A DNA stretch of 64,000 bases, from contig CAYRNZ010000001.1 of the NCBI GenBank assembly GCA_964425765.1, forward strand, positions 19,082-83,081, in the 5' to 3' direction. Of this stretch, positions 18,571-28,237 are shown one piece after another. A program made the translations under genes and the position numbers. The first letter of the stretch is position 1. Each line of letters begins with the position of its first letter. Origin of the DNA: an uncultured Synergistaceae bacterium (lineage in GTDB: Bacteria > Synergistota > Synergistia > Synergistales > 79-D21). The notes beneath the pieces were generated by a model. It did not search any database, was not told the origin of the DNA, and saw only the letters and a list, made by a program, of their open reading frames with translations.

Positions 18571-19731
18571 TCAACGGATGAGGGAAGACAGGTCGAAGAT
18601 GGGCAACAGGATCGCCACGACGATGAAACCCACCAGGGCTCCCAGGGCCAAAACCATGGTCGGCTCGACGAGGTCCGCCAGCCGCGCCATGCGGTTTTCC
18701 GCTATTTCCCAGCTGTTGTCCGCCACTTGCTGAAGGGCTTGCGAGAGCTCTCCCCCGGCCTCACCGACCTGGACGATGTAGACGGCGTCCTCCGTGAAGG
18801 AACCCTCGTCCTCCAGAGCCTGGCCGAGACGGTACCCCTTGCCGACCCGCGCGGAAACGGAGGCCCATCGGGCCGGGTCAGGGTCCATCGGGGCGATCAT
18901 GGAGAGGGCCTGGACCAGGGGAATCCCGCAGTCGAGCAGCGTCGCCAGGTGGGAAAACAAGAGGGACAGGGTAATCCTTTCCCTCAGGTTCCTGAAAGGC
19001 AGCCTCGGCAGGAGCGTTCCTCGCCTGCGGAGCCAAAGGAAGGCCAAAAGAAGAACCACCAAAATGGGGATCCCCGCGGTCTTCAGCAGGGCCGAAATCC
19101 ATAGCAGGATGCGGGTCGGGAGGGGAAGGGTCTCCCCCAGGTCCTCGAAAAGGGCCGAGAGCCGGGGTACCACGTAGACGAGGAGGAAGGCGACCACGGC
19201 CATGCCAACCGCGGCCATCACCAGCGGATAGGTCAGGGCGCTCCTGACGCGGCGCCTCAGGCTGATCTCCAGGCGGAAAAGGCGCCCCGCCCGATCCAGG
19301 ACCTGGGGAAGGGAGCCGCTCCTTTCCCCGGATTCCACCATCCCCACGAGGTCCTCCCTGAAGCGCCCGGATTCGCGCATCGCCAGTCCCAGGCTCCGGC
19401 CCCCCTCGACGTCTTCGCGCAGGCGGGTGTAGAGGTCCCTCAGGCCGCTTCCCGGGGACTGCTTCGCCAGCAGGACGAGGACGTGGCTCAGGGTGAGTCC
19501 ACCCCTTAGGTAGCTGGCCAGGCTCCTGCAGAAGAGCAGGTGGTCTTCCAGGGGCACCCGCCTGTCGCTTTTCCCGGAACCGGTTTTTTTCTCGATCCCG
19601 GGACGCAACTGAACCGGGACCAGGCCTTCCCTCCGGAGTGCCTGGACGGCAGCGGGCTCGCCCGTCGCCTCCACTTCGCCAGAAACGGCGTTCCCCTGCG
19701 GGTCGTAGGCGGTGTATCGATACCGCGGCAC
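18571..19731 (-). CDS. gspF: type II secretion inner-membrane platform protein GspF
   Basis: 386-aa ORF with the duplicated GspF/PilC cytoplasmic domains and three TM segments (…LTYPLVMAAVGMAVVAFLLVYVVP… / …VEPTMVLALGALVGFIVVAILLPIF). Confidence 0.9.
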   Translation of the reverse strand: MPRYRYTAYDPQGNAVSGEVEATGEPAAVQALRREGLVPVQLRPGIEKKTGSGKSDRRVPLEDHLLFCRSLASYLRGGLTLSHVLVLLAKQSPGSGLRDLYTRLREDVEGGRSLGLAMRESGRFREDLVGMVESGERSGSLPQVLDRAGRLFRLEISLRRRVRSALTYPLVMAAVGMAVVAFLLVYVVPRLSALFEDLGETLPLPTRILLWISALLKTAGIPILVVLLLAFLWLRRRGTLLPRLPFRNLRERITLSLLFSHLATLLDCGIPLVQALSMIAPMDPDPARWASVSARVGKGYRLGQALEDEGSFTEDAVYIVQVGEAGGELSQALQQVADNSWEIAENRMARLADLVEPTMVLALGALVGFIVVAILLPIFDLSSLIR

Positions 19732-19735
19732 CGGG

Positions 19736-21217
19736 TCAGGCCTCCCCTACGGCCCTGTAGAGCTCCTCCGGGGTCGTCAGGCCCTGCCGGACGCGTTTAA
19801 GGCCAAGTTCCCACAGGCTCTTGAAGCCCTTTTCCCGTGCGACCTCCCTTATCCTGGAGGATGTGGTCCCCCTGGAAACCGCTTCCCTCAGCTCGTCGTC
19901 CATCACCAGGAACTCGTACAGGCCGGAGCGGCCGAAATAACCGGTTCCCATGCAGCGCTCGCACCCGGTCCCCCTTCGTACCGTCTCGATGCCGAGCTTG
20001 CGCATGGCGGCCGGGGCTTCCGCCTCGGCAATACAGGAGGGGCAAACCTTCCGGACGAGCCTCTGCGCCACGACCCCCAGCAACGATCCGGCAACGAGGT
20101 AGGGTTCCACACCCATGTCCGCCAGCCGCACGACCGCGCTGGGCGCGTCGTTCGTGTGCAGGGTGGAGAGAACCAAATGCCCGGTGAGGGACGCCTGCAC
20201 CCCCATGTGGGCGGTCTCGAAATCGCGCATTTCCCCCACCATGATGATGTCGGGATCCTGGCGCAGGATCGCCCGCAGCGCGGAGGCGAAAGTAACCCCC
20301 GCCTTCTCGTTGACCTGGATCTGGCCGACACCGGGAAGGTCGTACTCGATGGGGTCTTCCACCGTGATGACGTTCACTTCCGGCCGGGCAAGCATCTGCA
20401 GGACGGCGTAAAGGGAGGTCGTTTTCCCCGACCCCGTGGGGCCGGTAAAAAGGATCATGCCGTAGGGTCTCGAAATCATCTCCTCGAGGGCCGTTCGGCT
20501 TTTTCCGGGCATGCCGAGCTGTTCCAGCGTCAGGAGCCCTTCCCTCTTGTCCAGCAGCCTAAGGGCCAGCCTTTCACCGTGCTGGGTCGGAACGGCACCG
20601 ACGCGGATGTCGACGGATCTTCCCCCCACGGCGATGCCGATGCGTCCGTCCTGTGGGGAGAAGCGTTCCGATATGTCCATCCGTGCCATGACCTTGATCC
20701 TCGTGGTGAGCGGGGACTGGTGCGTTTTCGGGAGGGTCAGCTTGTCGTGGAGGACCCCGTCCACCCGGAACCGGATCTCGCACCTGTCCTCGAAGGGTTC
20801 CACGTGGATGTCCGTGGCGCGTTCCTTCACGGCCTCGAAGAAAAGGCTGTTCACCAGGCGGATGACGGGGGCGGACACGGAATCGCTCTGGATGTCCTCA
20901 CGCGCTGCCGAATCGAGGTCCTCGACTCCCTCTATCGCCTCCACGTCGTCGGAGGCGATGCGGCTCCTGAGGCTGTAAAGACGGTCGAAGAGGCCGTTCA
21001 GGAGGGCGGGATCCGCGAACTCGATCCGGGTTTTCCCCTCGAACGCACGGGAGAGGAGTTGGGCGTTTCCGTAGGCCTCGACGGAGGAAACCCCCAAAAA
21101 CAGGTCTTCCCCGTCCCGGCGCAGCGGGAGGACGCCCGCCCCCCGGAGGGTGTCGAGGCTCAGGGATTCGGGTATGAGAGAGAGGATTTCCCCGGGATCC
21201 GGAGCCCTTGCCGTCAC
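19736..21217 (-). CDS. gspE: type II secretion ATPase GspE
   Basis: 493-aa ORF. Walker A GPTGSGKTT, Asp/His boxes, and the tetracysteine motif CPSC...CERC characteristic of GspE-type ATPases. Confidence 0.92.
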   Translation of the reverse strand: MTARAPDPGEILSLIPESLSLDTLRGAGVLPLRRDGEDLFLGVSSVEAYGNAQLLSRAFEGKTRIEFADPALLNGLFDRLYSLRSRIASDDVEAIEGVEDLDSAAREDIQSDSVSAPVIRLVNSLFFEAVKERATDIHVEPFEDRCEIRFRVDGVLHDKLTLPKTHQSPLTTRIKVMARMDISERFSPQDGRIGIAVGGRSVDIRVGAVPTQHGERLALRLLDKREGLLTLEQLGMPGKSRTALEEMISRPYGMILFTGPTGSGKTTSLYAVLQMLARPEVNVITVEDPIEYDLPGVGQIQVNEKAGVTFASALRAILRQDPDIIMVGEMRDFETAHMGVQASLTGHLVLSTLHTNDAPSAVVRLADMGVEPYLVAGSLLGVVAQRLVRKVCPSCIAEAEAPAAMRKLGIETVRRGTGCERCMGTGYFGRSGLYEFLVMDDELREAVSRGTTSSRIREVAREKGFKSLWELGLKRVRQGLTTPEELYRAVGEA

Positions 21218-23184
21218 TGCTGTTTCACTCCCTGCCTGTAGAGGGCGTCGTTTTTCTGCTTGTAGACCCGTTCCATCTCCGTCAGCTGGCTCTCCACGTC
21301 CCCGGAGGCCGTCCCGATTTCCCGGGTCAGGAGGCCGGCCTCCTCCGGAGTCTCGAGGATCTGGGGCGTCAGGAAAATCAGGAGGTCCACCTTCTCCCTG
21401 GACTTCGCCACGCTCTTGAAGAACTCCCCGATGACGGGGATGTAGGACAGGATGGGGACGCGCGAGCGGACAGACTTGTCGGCTTCCTTGATGAGGCCCC
21501 CCAGGATGACGGTCTGGCCGTCCTTCACGGTGACGTTGCTCTTGATCTGTCTCTTGGAGGTGGTGGGCGTACTGACTGTCATCGGCGTCAGGACGTCCTC
21601 CACGGTCTGCTCGATCTCCAGGGCCACGAGGTTCCCGCTGCGGACGTGTGGCGTCACCTTCAGTATGAGCCCCGTGTCCTTGTAGTCGAAGCTGTTCTGG
21701 ACGGCCCCGGGGTTTGTGGTGTCCGTCAGTTTCGACGTGAGCTGCGGGATGACCTGTCCCACCTGTAGCTCGCTCTGCAGGTTGTCGGTGCAGAGGAGGC
21801 GGGGCATGGAAAGCACGTTGATCGCGTCGTACTTCTTCAGCATGTTGATCGTGGCATAGACGAGGGCCTTCCCCTCGTAGGTCGTGGTGGTCGTCACGTT
21901 CCCGAACTCGTCGGTGGTTTTTTCCTCCACCCGCGTCAGGTCGCGGAACCAGTCGAGGAACTCGGCCGGGATGCCCGTCGAGTTGCCCAGGGCGGCCTGC
22001 CCCGCGAGGACGGCGTCCCCGGTGATGGCGCCGCCCCAGGTGGCCCAGTCGATTCCGGCGTTGTTCAGCCGCGTCATGTTGACCTCGGCGATGAGCCCCC
22101 TCAGGAAGACCTGCTTGGGCTGGATGTCCAGCTTCTGGATGATGGCCTCGATGTTCCGGGCCGTGGCGTCCTCGGCCACGAAGATCAGGCTGTTCGTGCC
22201 GGGGTCCGCGACGACGGAGCTGGGAAGGGTTCCCTTCTGGTCGGGCTGGAGCTTTGCGGCGGTGGAAAGGATGGTGCTCAGCTTCTCGGCCATCACCTTG
22301 GCGTCGCTGTTCTTCAGGGCTACGACATGGTATTGCCCGGCCCGGGCCGGTATGTCGAGCTCCCGGATGATCTTCTGCGCCTCGGCGAAGACCCGCTTCT
22401 CCCCCAGGAGCACGAGCTTGCGGGACGCGTCGTCCGGCACTGCCAGGAGGCCCGCCACGGGCGAACTCGGGTCCTTGGCCATCACCGCGAGCTGGTTGGC
22501 CAGGGCCGACGGGGTGGCGTTCCTGATTTCCAGGGTCTTGCTGTTCTTCAGGCTGTCGGGGGCGTCCAGCGCGTTGATGACGCTCAGGGCCTTCTGGACC
22601 ACCGTAGCCTTACCCATGAGGAGGACCTTGGCCCCGCTGGCCATGGGGGCGACTCCCACCTCGCCGTTCATGGCGGCCTTGAGCCCCTCGGCGACGAAGG
22701 CAGCGGAGACGTAGTCCAGCGGGACGATCTGGGTGACGAAGCTCTCGCCGAAACCGGGCCCGACCCGTCCCTTGCGGACGGCGTACTCGGTGCTCTGCCC
22801 CTTGGAGGAGGGGACCACCTTGCTGTAGGTGCCCGTCCGCTGCAGGGAGAGGCCGTTCATCTCCAGCACCGAGAGCATCGCCTGGCGTGCTTCCCTGAGG
22901 TTTAGCGCCCGGGGCGAGATGACGGTGACGGTGCCCTTGACCGCCGGGTCCACGAGGATGTTCTCCTGTAGGACCTCGGACATGAAACGGATGAACGTCC
23001 CCAGGTCGAGGTCCCGGAAGTTGAACTGGACTGAACCCGTCCTGCGCATCGCGCGGGCAGCCTCGACGATGCCGGCTTCGTCCTGCGGGGGGTCCGCCAG
23101 GCAGAGGGTCCCGGGAACAAGCGAGCCGGCCCAGATAGCCAGGGCCAGGATGAGGAGAATCAGCGGGTGTTTCCTGCAGTGCAT
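21214..23184 (-). CDS. gspD: type II secretion secretin GspD
   Basis: 656-aa ORF. Signal peptide, repeated N-domains and a C-terminal secretin domain (…VTVKDGQTVILGGLI…RVPILSYIPVIGEFFK…). Confidence 0.92.
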   Translation of the reverse strand: MHCRKHPLILLILALAIWAGSLVPGTLCLADPPQDEAGIVEAARAMRRTGSVQFNFRDLDLGTFIRFMSEVLQENILVDPAVKGTVTVISPRALNLREARQAMLSVLEMNGLSLQRTGTYSKVVPSSKGQSTEYAVRKGRVGPGFGESFVTQIVPLDYVSAAFVAEGLKAAMNGEVGVAPMASGAKVLLMGKATVVQKALSVINALDAPDSLKNSKTLEIRNATPSALANQLAVMAKDPSSPVAGLLAVPDDASRKLVLLGEKRVFAEAQKIIRELDIPARAGQYHVVALKNSDAKVMAEKLSTILSTAAKLQPDQKGTLPSSVVADPGTNSLIFVAEDATARNIEAIIQKLDIQPKQVFLRGLIAEVNMTRLNNAGIDWATWGGAITGDAVLAGQAALGNSTGIPAEFLDWFRDLTRVEEKTTDEFGNVTTTTTYEGKALVYATINMLKKYDAINVLSMPRLLCTDNLQSELQVGQVIPQLTSKLTDTTNPGAVQNSFDYKDTGLILKVTPHVRSGNLVALEIEQTVEDVLTPMTVSTPTTSKRQIKSNVTVKDGQTVILGGLIKEADKSVRSRVPILSYIPVIGEFFKSVAKSREKVDLLIFLTPQILETPEEAGLLTREIGTASGDVESQLTEMERVYKQKNDALYRQGVKQQ

Positions 23185-23197
23185 GGGGACCCCTCCC

Positions 23198-23536
23198 TCA
23201 GGGAATGATCAGTTCGATGCGGCGAACACCTGACTTGACCGTCAGGACCCGGTAACCCAGGTTCCATCTGTCTTCCAGCACGGGACGGACCTGCTTGCGA
23301 GTTTCCCAGGCCAGGTCGCCGCTCGTACCGTTTTCCGGCGTTTTCCCGTAAAGCAGGTCCAGGCGCAGGCGGGAAGCCTCCTCGACAAATGCTTCCTGCT
23401 GTCGGGCCTCCGCCAGGGCCCGCTCCGAGAGAAGAATGAGCCGGAGGGCCCCGGCGCCCGCCAGGCCCATGACCGCGACGGCCACCAGGACTTCAAGAAG
23501 GGTAAAGCCGGGGCCGCGCCGTGGCGGTCTTTTCAT
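23198..23536 (-). CDS. minor pseudopilin, GspI-like
   Basis: 112-aa ORF with a prepilin N-terminus MKRPPRRGPG|FTLLEVLVAV. Size fits GspI; the subfamily assignment rests on size and position only. Confidence 0.65.
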   Translation of the reverse strand: MKRPPRRGPGFTLLEVLVAVAVMGLAGAGALRLILLSERALAEARQQEAFVEEASRLRLDLLYGKTPENGTSGDLAWETRKQVRPVLEDRWNLGYRVLTVKSGVRRIELIIP

Positions 23537-24411
23537 CTTACCGTGTAGGCGACCTGGGAATCGGCCCCGTCACGGAAGAAGGACACCACGAACCGGTCGC
23601 TTTTCAGCAGTGAATTCATCGCATTGACGATATCCGAGGTCGTCCGGATGGGGATGTCGTTCAGGGCATGGATCACGTCCCCGGAACGGACCCCCATTGC
23701 CCTGAGCAGGCTGTCCCTGTGCAGCCACTGGGCCTCGATGCCCTGCGGCGCCCCGTCTTCCGCCAGCTTCGGGCGAAGCCGGACCCGGTTCAGTTCCTGG
23801 TAGGGATCCATCAGTAGCCTGTTGATCGCGTCCCGCTCGATGAGCCCTTCCTGCCCACCGGAGGGCGGCGTGATGCCCTTCCGGGAGTCGCCTTCCTGCC
23901 GGTTTCCCGTCCTTGCGGGGGCCGGCTGCGCGAGCGCGGGGGCCTCACCCCCGGCACCCGCGTAGAGGATGTCGAGCGTCCGGGTGCCGGTCCCGCCAAA
24001 CAGGGACACGCGGGTTCCTTCGACTTTCCTCAGGATTTCGCTTCCGACCCTCTGTCCCACGAGGACGGCCCTGGGGTTCCCGCCGACCCGGAAAAGGGCC
24101 CCCACCGGGGGAAAGGTGCCCACGAGCGAGACCCCGGCCGGTCCCGATGCGGCAGCGGAGATGCCGGAAGGTTCCCCGTCCAGGCCGAAAAGGTTCCGGG
24201 CGACGAAAGCCTCGAGCCCCTTTTCCCGGTCGTTTCGCGCATCGGGCATCACCGCGGCAGCGAGGGGTTTCCGGGCTTCCTCCAGGCGCCTTGACATCAC
24301 GCGGCCGTCCATGACGATCCCGGCAGCTTCCGACAGGACAACCCCGCAAAGGAAGGCCCCTGCAGCCGCCCCGAAAAGTTTCCACGGGATTTTCCCAACA
24401 GGCCTTCTCAT
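23533..24411 (-). CDS. GspC-like T2SS protein with C-terminal PDZ domain
   Basis: Track ORF (23533..24939) trimmed to ATG 24411 (MRRPVGKIPWKLFGAAAGAFLCGVVL...; ATGA overlap with the upstream stop). ATG 24429 is an alternative. One TM helix, then a C-terminal PDZ-like segment (…LLRAMGVRSGDVIHALNDIPIRTTSDIVNAM…). Confidence 0.65.
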   Translation of the reverse strand: MRRPVGKIPWKLFGAAAGAFLCGVVLSEAAGIVMDGRVMSRRLEEARKPLAAAVMPDARNDREKGLEAFVARNLFGLDGEPSGISAAASGPAGVSLVGTFPPVGALFRVGGNPRAVLVGQRVGSEILRKVEGTRVSLFGGTGTRTLDILYAGAGGEAPALAQPAPARTGNRQEGDSRKGITPPSGGQEGLIERDAINRLLMDPYQELNRVRLRPKLAEDGAPQGIEAQWLHRDSLLRAMGVRSGDVIHALNDIPIRTTSDIVNAMNSLLKSDRFVVSFFRDGADSQVAYTVR

Positions 24412-25010
24412 GGGATCCTCAGCCTCCATCGCCCATCGCCCTCGGGTTTCAGGCCCGCGGAGCCGGCAAGGAGGGCCATGCCCTCGGCCAGGCGGGGCGG
24501 CACCGTCACCAGGAAGTCCGCCTTGCTGAACCTTCTTTCCGAGGCCGACCACGTTCCCTTTCCCGAAAAGGGAAGGTCGCCGACGGCGCTGGCCGCGTCG
24601 AGGCTCATGCCCGGTTTTTCCAGAGCGCCCCGGGCCTTGAATCCCTTGAGGGCCAGCGTTTCGGTTCCCGCCATCCGGATCGTCGCAGCGGGGCTTTCGA
24701 AGGAGAACGAGGGAGCCATCCGCAGGAGTGAGTCCGGGAGGCTCATCTCCAGGACGGCACGCGGGAAAAGAACCGTTCCCAGTATGTTCCCGGCCGCCAG
24801 GTCGAAAATCTCGACCCTCGGGGGAAACCGGGAGACCGTCCGGGTCCAGCCGGAGCCCACCTGGATCCCGGGGAGCGCCCCCTTTCCTGCGATCCCTGCC
24901 AGGGAGCATTCCACGACGCTGCCCCAGGGGAAGGCCCACGCGAGGCCCAGGATGAAGGCGGCGACCAGCAGGGCGCCAAAGCCGATTTTCGCCGAAAGTC
25001 CCCTCGTCAT
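24408..25010 (-). CDS. GspN-like T2SS protein
   Basis: 200-aa ORF with one N-terminal TM helix and a periplasmic beta-rich body. Called from its position between the M-like and C-like genes; weak sequence recognition. Confidence 0.45.
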   Translation of the reverse strand: MTRGLSAKIGFGALLVAAFILGLAWAFPWGSVVECSLAGIAGKGALPGIQVGSGWTRTVSRFPPRVEIFDLAAGNILGTVLFPRAVLEMSLPDSLLRMAPSFSFESPAATIRMAGTETLALKGFKARGALEKPGMSLDAASAVGDLPFSGKGTWSASERRFSKADFLVTVPPRLAEGMALLAGSAGLKPEGDGRWRLRIP

Positions 25011-25522
25011 GGCTTGGCCCCCAGGAGCAGGTTCACGGACAGGACCCTTTTGCCGCCGACCGGCAGGGCCCTGATCTCGGCGGAAACCACCGCGAGGCGG
25101 GAGCGATCCAGTTCTCGGGCCAAATCGAGCGCCTCCCTACGGCCGAGCCCTTCGAGGGAGAGGGAGACGCCCTGTCCGGAACTCGAGAGGTTCTTGAGGC
25201 GGTCCCTGAGCTGTAGTTTCTCGATCGTTTCCGAGGCAAGGGCGAGGGGATCCGCCGCCTGCCGGCTCGCAGACGAGCCGAGCCGCGACGGGGGAAGAGC
25301 CAGGTAGGCACGGGAAACGGCGGAGAGGTTCGAAAAGCGCGCCGCCTGGATCTGGACGCGTTCCGCGAGGCCGTTCCCCATGAGGAGGAAGGCAAAACCG
25401 GCTATCCAGGCCAAGGCGGCCAACCCGCCTACGAGGGCGAGCCGGCGCCCCCCCGGATCGGCCAGGGCGTTACCGAGGGTTTCCCTTGCCCGGGCCGGGT
25501 TCCATCCCGCATCGTTTGTCAT
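25007..25522 (-). CDS. GspM-like T2SS assembly-platform protein
   Basis: 171-aa bitopic ORF: cytoplasmic N-terminus, a TM helix (LALVGGLAALAWIAGFAFLLM), then a periplasmic domain. Position after the L-like gene, with 4-nt overlaps on both sides. Confidence 0.5.
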   Translation of the reverse strand: MTNDAGWNPARARETLGNALADPGGRRLALVGGLAALAWIAGFAFLLMGNGLAERVQIQAARFSNLSAVSRAYLALPPSRLGSSASRQAADPLALASETIEKLQLRDRLKNLSSSGQGVSLSLEGLGRREALDLARELDRSRLAVVSAEIRALPVGGKRVLSVNLLLGAKP

Positions 25523-26598
25523 GGCCGACTCTCCCTTACGGCGAGCCTGAACCGAAACAAGCCCCCGGGCAGTTGCTGGAGGTCCTCCAGCGAGGCGTCT
25601 TTCGGGTCCATCGCCCTCTGGAAGGCCCGTATCGACTCCACCGAGCCCCCCCTACCGATGAGTTCAGACTGTCCTTTCGAGAACCGGAGAGTGTCCAGGA
25701 AGATCCCGTCGCCCGCGGTCGAACCGGCCCGGCCGAGCATCGCCAGGGTCCCGGAAAGGTTTCCCGTTTCTTCCTGCCCGGAGGCCGCGGCAAGGCGGGC
25801 CTTCGCCTGGCTGAGGGGGTCCCGGACGGGACCGGTGGGGTCGAACACCTCGCGGTACAGGCGCACGGAGGATTCCTCGTAGCGTGCCAGCTTCATCCGC
25901 GAGGAGAAATACGACAGCCCCGTCGCGGCGGAAAACAGGACCCCCAACGCCAGCAGCCACGCGAGAGCAGGCTTTGCCGCAAGGGCCAGGTTTTCAAGCC
26001 GGAGGGCGGATTCCATCTGCCCGGGTGACAGGTCCAGGGCCGCGAGGGGGGGGAAGGCTTTCCAGGTCTTTTCGGCCTCGGCTTCGAGGATGCCGGCGGC
26101 AGCGGGGTCTTCCCGCGCGTCCAGGACAAGGACCTTTAGGTCACGCCCGGCGGACGCCCGGATCCACTCGGCGGTCTCTTCCGGTTCCGCTTCAGCCCTG
26201 GGTGAGCATCGGTACAGGACCGGTATTCCGTCCTGCCATAGGACGCTGGAAACGTTTTGCCCGTCGGCCCAGATGCCAAGGCCGTCGGGGGCTACCGAGC
26301 CGCCCAGGGCCAGAGGTGCCGGGAAAAGGCGGGTCCCGGGGGAAATGCTCCCGCCAAGGCTTTCTTCAGCGGGGATCGCCAGGGCGAACCCCCTGGAACG
26401 GTCCCCGTCGTGCTCCAGGGTCACGGGGTGGACACGCACGTCTTCGGCGTTCTTCCCAAGCAGGGAAGAGATCTGGAGGCGCAGGGCCTGGCGCACGCGG
26501 GCAGGGTCGCCGAACGGGAAGGAAAACGGGTGGAGCGACATCCCTGCCGGGGTGACGTATCGACAGGCGCGTTCCTCGCTGGGTCCAGTGCGTGCCAT
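25519..26598 (-). CDS. GspL-like T2SS assembly-platform protein
   Basis: 359-aa ORF. A cytoplasmic domain of about 200 aa, a central TM helix (PALAWLLALGVLFSAATGLSYF) and a periplasmic tail. Topology and position fit GspL. Confidence 0.5.
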   Translation of the reverse strand: MARTGPSEERACRYVTPAGMSLHPFSFPFGDPARVRQALRLQISSLLGKNAEDVRVHPVTLEHDGDRSRGFALAIPAEESLGGSISPGTRLFPAPLALGGSVAPDGLGIWADGQNVSSVLWQDGIPVLYRCSPRAEAEPEETAEWIRASAGRDLKVLVLDAREDPAAAGILEAEAEKTWKAFPPLAALDLSPGQMESALRLENLALAAKPALAWLLALGVLFSAATGLSYFSSRMKLARYEESSVRLYREVFDPTGPVRDPLSQAKARLAAASGQEETGNLSGTLAMLGRAGSTAGDGIFLDTLRFSKGQSELIGRGGSVESIRAFQRAMDPKDASLEDLQQLPGGLFRFRLAVRESRP

Positions 26599-26604
26599 GG
26601 GGGG

Positions 26605-27534
26605 CTACATCTCCTTCCAGGAAGCTATCCTGCAGCGTCCGGAATCCTTCACGAGTACGGCCTCGAAGCGGCGGACCAGAGTTCCCTTCCTGACCTCGAC
26701 CTCCGCCAGGAAATGGGAGCTGGTGAACGAAACAAGACCGTCGAGCCGCGGCCTGAGCCCCGGAGGGAAGCCGGGTATGCCGGCCAGGTCCTCCCAGCCT
26801 TCCAGGGGATTCTTTGCCCGCCTTTCGACGATTTCCCGGATCACGCCCCGCGTCAGCGACGGGTCCAGGAGGGCGAGGGCCTCGGGGTGGGCCGCGTTGA
26901 AATTGATCCTTCCATCGCCCTGGACCGTCAGGAGCCGGCCGAGCCCGGGGCGCGCCTTTCCATTCTTTCCGTAATAGAGGCTTTCGTCAATGCCGGGACA
27001 AAGCAGGAGCTCCTCGAGGGCGGAAGGGGCCCTGTTGATGCAGGAATCCGTCTCGGAGCCGCCGGGGCGCGGGGTCCTGTCCGCATCCAGGAAGTCGAGC
27101 ACGACGGGGGCCAGTCCCGGCTTCCCGGCCTCTTCCCAGAGGGTTTCCCAAGGCCCCTCGAGTTCCCGCCGAAGCGTGGAGCCGTCGGGAAGGAAAAGCC
27201 CGGCCAGCGGCAGGGCCCTGTTTTGCGGGGCAAGGGCGACCGTGACGGAAGCCGCCGTCCCGAGGGGGACGGGCCAGGTGGAAAACCATGGCTCGAGCGG
27301 GGAATCATAGGCGTTCCCGTCCAGCACGAGCCCCTTCCTGGCGGCGTGGACGACGGTTTCGGCCAGGCTCCGGGCCTCAAGGGAAAAGGCGGTCGCTTCC
27401 GCTTTCCGCAGTTCCGTCCTTGAAAACCAGGCTAAGGCCAGCGATCCCGTCACGAGAATCGAGACGGACAGGAGGACGGCCACGAGGACGAAGCCCCGTT
27501 GTTTACCGTTATAGGGGTGCGAGCGTGTCCGCAT
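26605..27534 (-). CDS. gspK: minor pseudopilin GspK
   Basis: 309-aa ORF. Prepilin-like N-terminus lacking Glu+5 (QRG|FVLVAVLLSV), as is typical of GspK, with a large C-terminal body. Confidence 0.7.
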   Translation of the reverse strand: MRTRSHPYNGKQRGFVLVAVLLSVSILVTGSLALAWFSRTELRKAEATAFSLEARSLAETVVHAARKGLVLDGNAYDSPLEPWFSTWPVPLGTAASVTVALAPQNRALPLAGLFLPDGSTLRRELEGPWETLWEEAGKPGLAPVVLDFLDADRTPRPGGSETDSCINRAPSALEELLLCPGIDESLYYGKNGKARPGLGRLLTVQGDGRINFNAAHPEALALLDPSLTRGVIREIVERRAKNPLEGWEDLAGIPGFPPGLRPRLDGLVSFTSSHFLAEVEVRKGTLVRRFEAVLVKDSGRCRIASWKEM

Positions 27535-28120
27535 GGGTGGCCAGTGTTTCCTTTCGCCCGATTTTCAGGGAGATTCCGGCCGGGAGAGGGCCGGAGTAGT
27601 CCTCGACCCAGGCTTTGCCGTCAAAGACCTCGACCTCGAAACGGTCGGCATTTTTTACCACGAGGACAGCCGATACGGGCTCCAGCCGGGCCAGGTCGAC
27701 CTCGGCGGGAGTCATTCCCGGGAAAGTCCAGCGATAGAGGCCGGGAGTCATGCCCTCGCTGAAGGGGCCCGGCTCGAGGAGCGCGTAGACCTCGGTTCCC
27801 GAAGGGCTCCTGCGGGCCAGCGGGGCCGCCGTCCAGAACGCGAGGGTGTCCGAACGCCTGTCGCCCGCCCCCCCCCTTAGGGTTCTAAATGGCGTCTTGC
27901 CGCCCCTGGGGAGATTCTGCCTGCACTCCGAAGCTATGGACCGCACCGCATAGGAGAGCGCGGCGCCGGACGCATAGTCCTGCCGGACGGCATCGAGGCG
28001 GACGACAAGAGCCGTCAGCGGACCGATGGCGAGCGCCGCCACAAGGCCTGTAAGGCTTACCGCGACGAGCACCTCCACGAGGGTGAAGGCGCGTTTCCGT
28101 AAAGGGGGATTGCCGCTCAT
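27509..28120 (-). CDS. minor pseudopilin, GspJ-like
   Basis: 203-aa ORF with prepilin N-terminus MSGNPPLRKRA|FTLVEVLVAV. Size and its position before gspK fit GspJ. Overlaps gspK by 26 nt. Confidence 0.6.
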   Translation of the reverse strand: MSGNPPLRKRAFTLVEVLVAVSLTGLVAALAIGPLTALVVRLDAVRQDYASGAALSYAVRSIASECRQNLPRGGKTPFRTLRGGAGDRRSDTLAFWTAAPLARRSPSGTEVYALLEPGPFSEGMTPGLYRWTFPGMTPAEVDLARLEPVSAVLVVKNADRFEVEVFDGKAWVEDYSGPLPAGISLKIGRKETLATHADTLAPL

Positions 28121-28237
28121 GAGCCTATTTTACCCCCCGCAACGGCCCCCATGGGCCGGAAAGCCGAGGCGAAGGGTTACAATATCCGCATCGGGCACGA
28201 GCCCGGCAGCGAGCGGCAACGGAGAGGGGAAAGGCCC

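Noticed and set aside
18113-28120. Reading the secretion cluster as a type IVa pilus (PilBCMNOPQ) locus.
   Set aside because: The major pilin has the GspG-specific body (DPWGRPYVY…DITNW). A GspK-type pseudopilin lacking Glu+5 is present. The ATPase has the GspE tetracysteine motif. A PDZ-bearing GspC-like protein and L/M/N-like bitopic proteins replace PilMNOP. No PilT-type retraction ATPase is present.
28151-28237. ATG 28151 as the lgt start, adding a 29-aa MGRKAEAKGYNIRIGHEPGSERQRRGERP N-terminus.
   Set aside because: The extension is hydrophilic and unlike Lgt N-termini, and it would place the start 30 nt from the divergent gspJ-like start. TTG 28238, directly before LHPVLFKIG and preceded by GGAGAGGGGAAAGG, fits better. 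This is not certain without experimental data.
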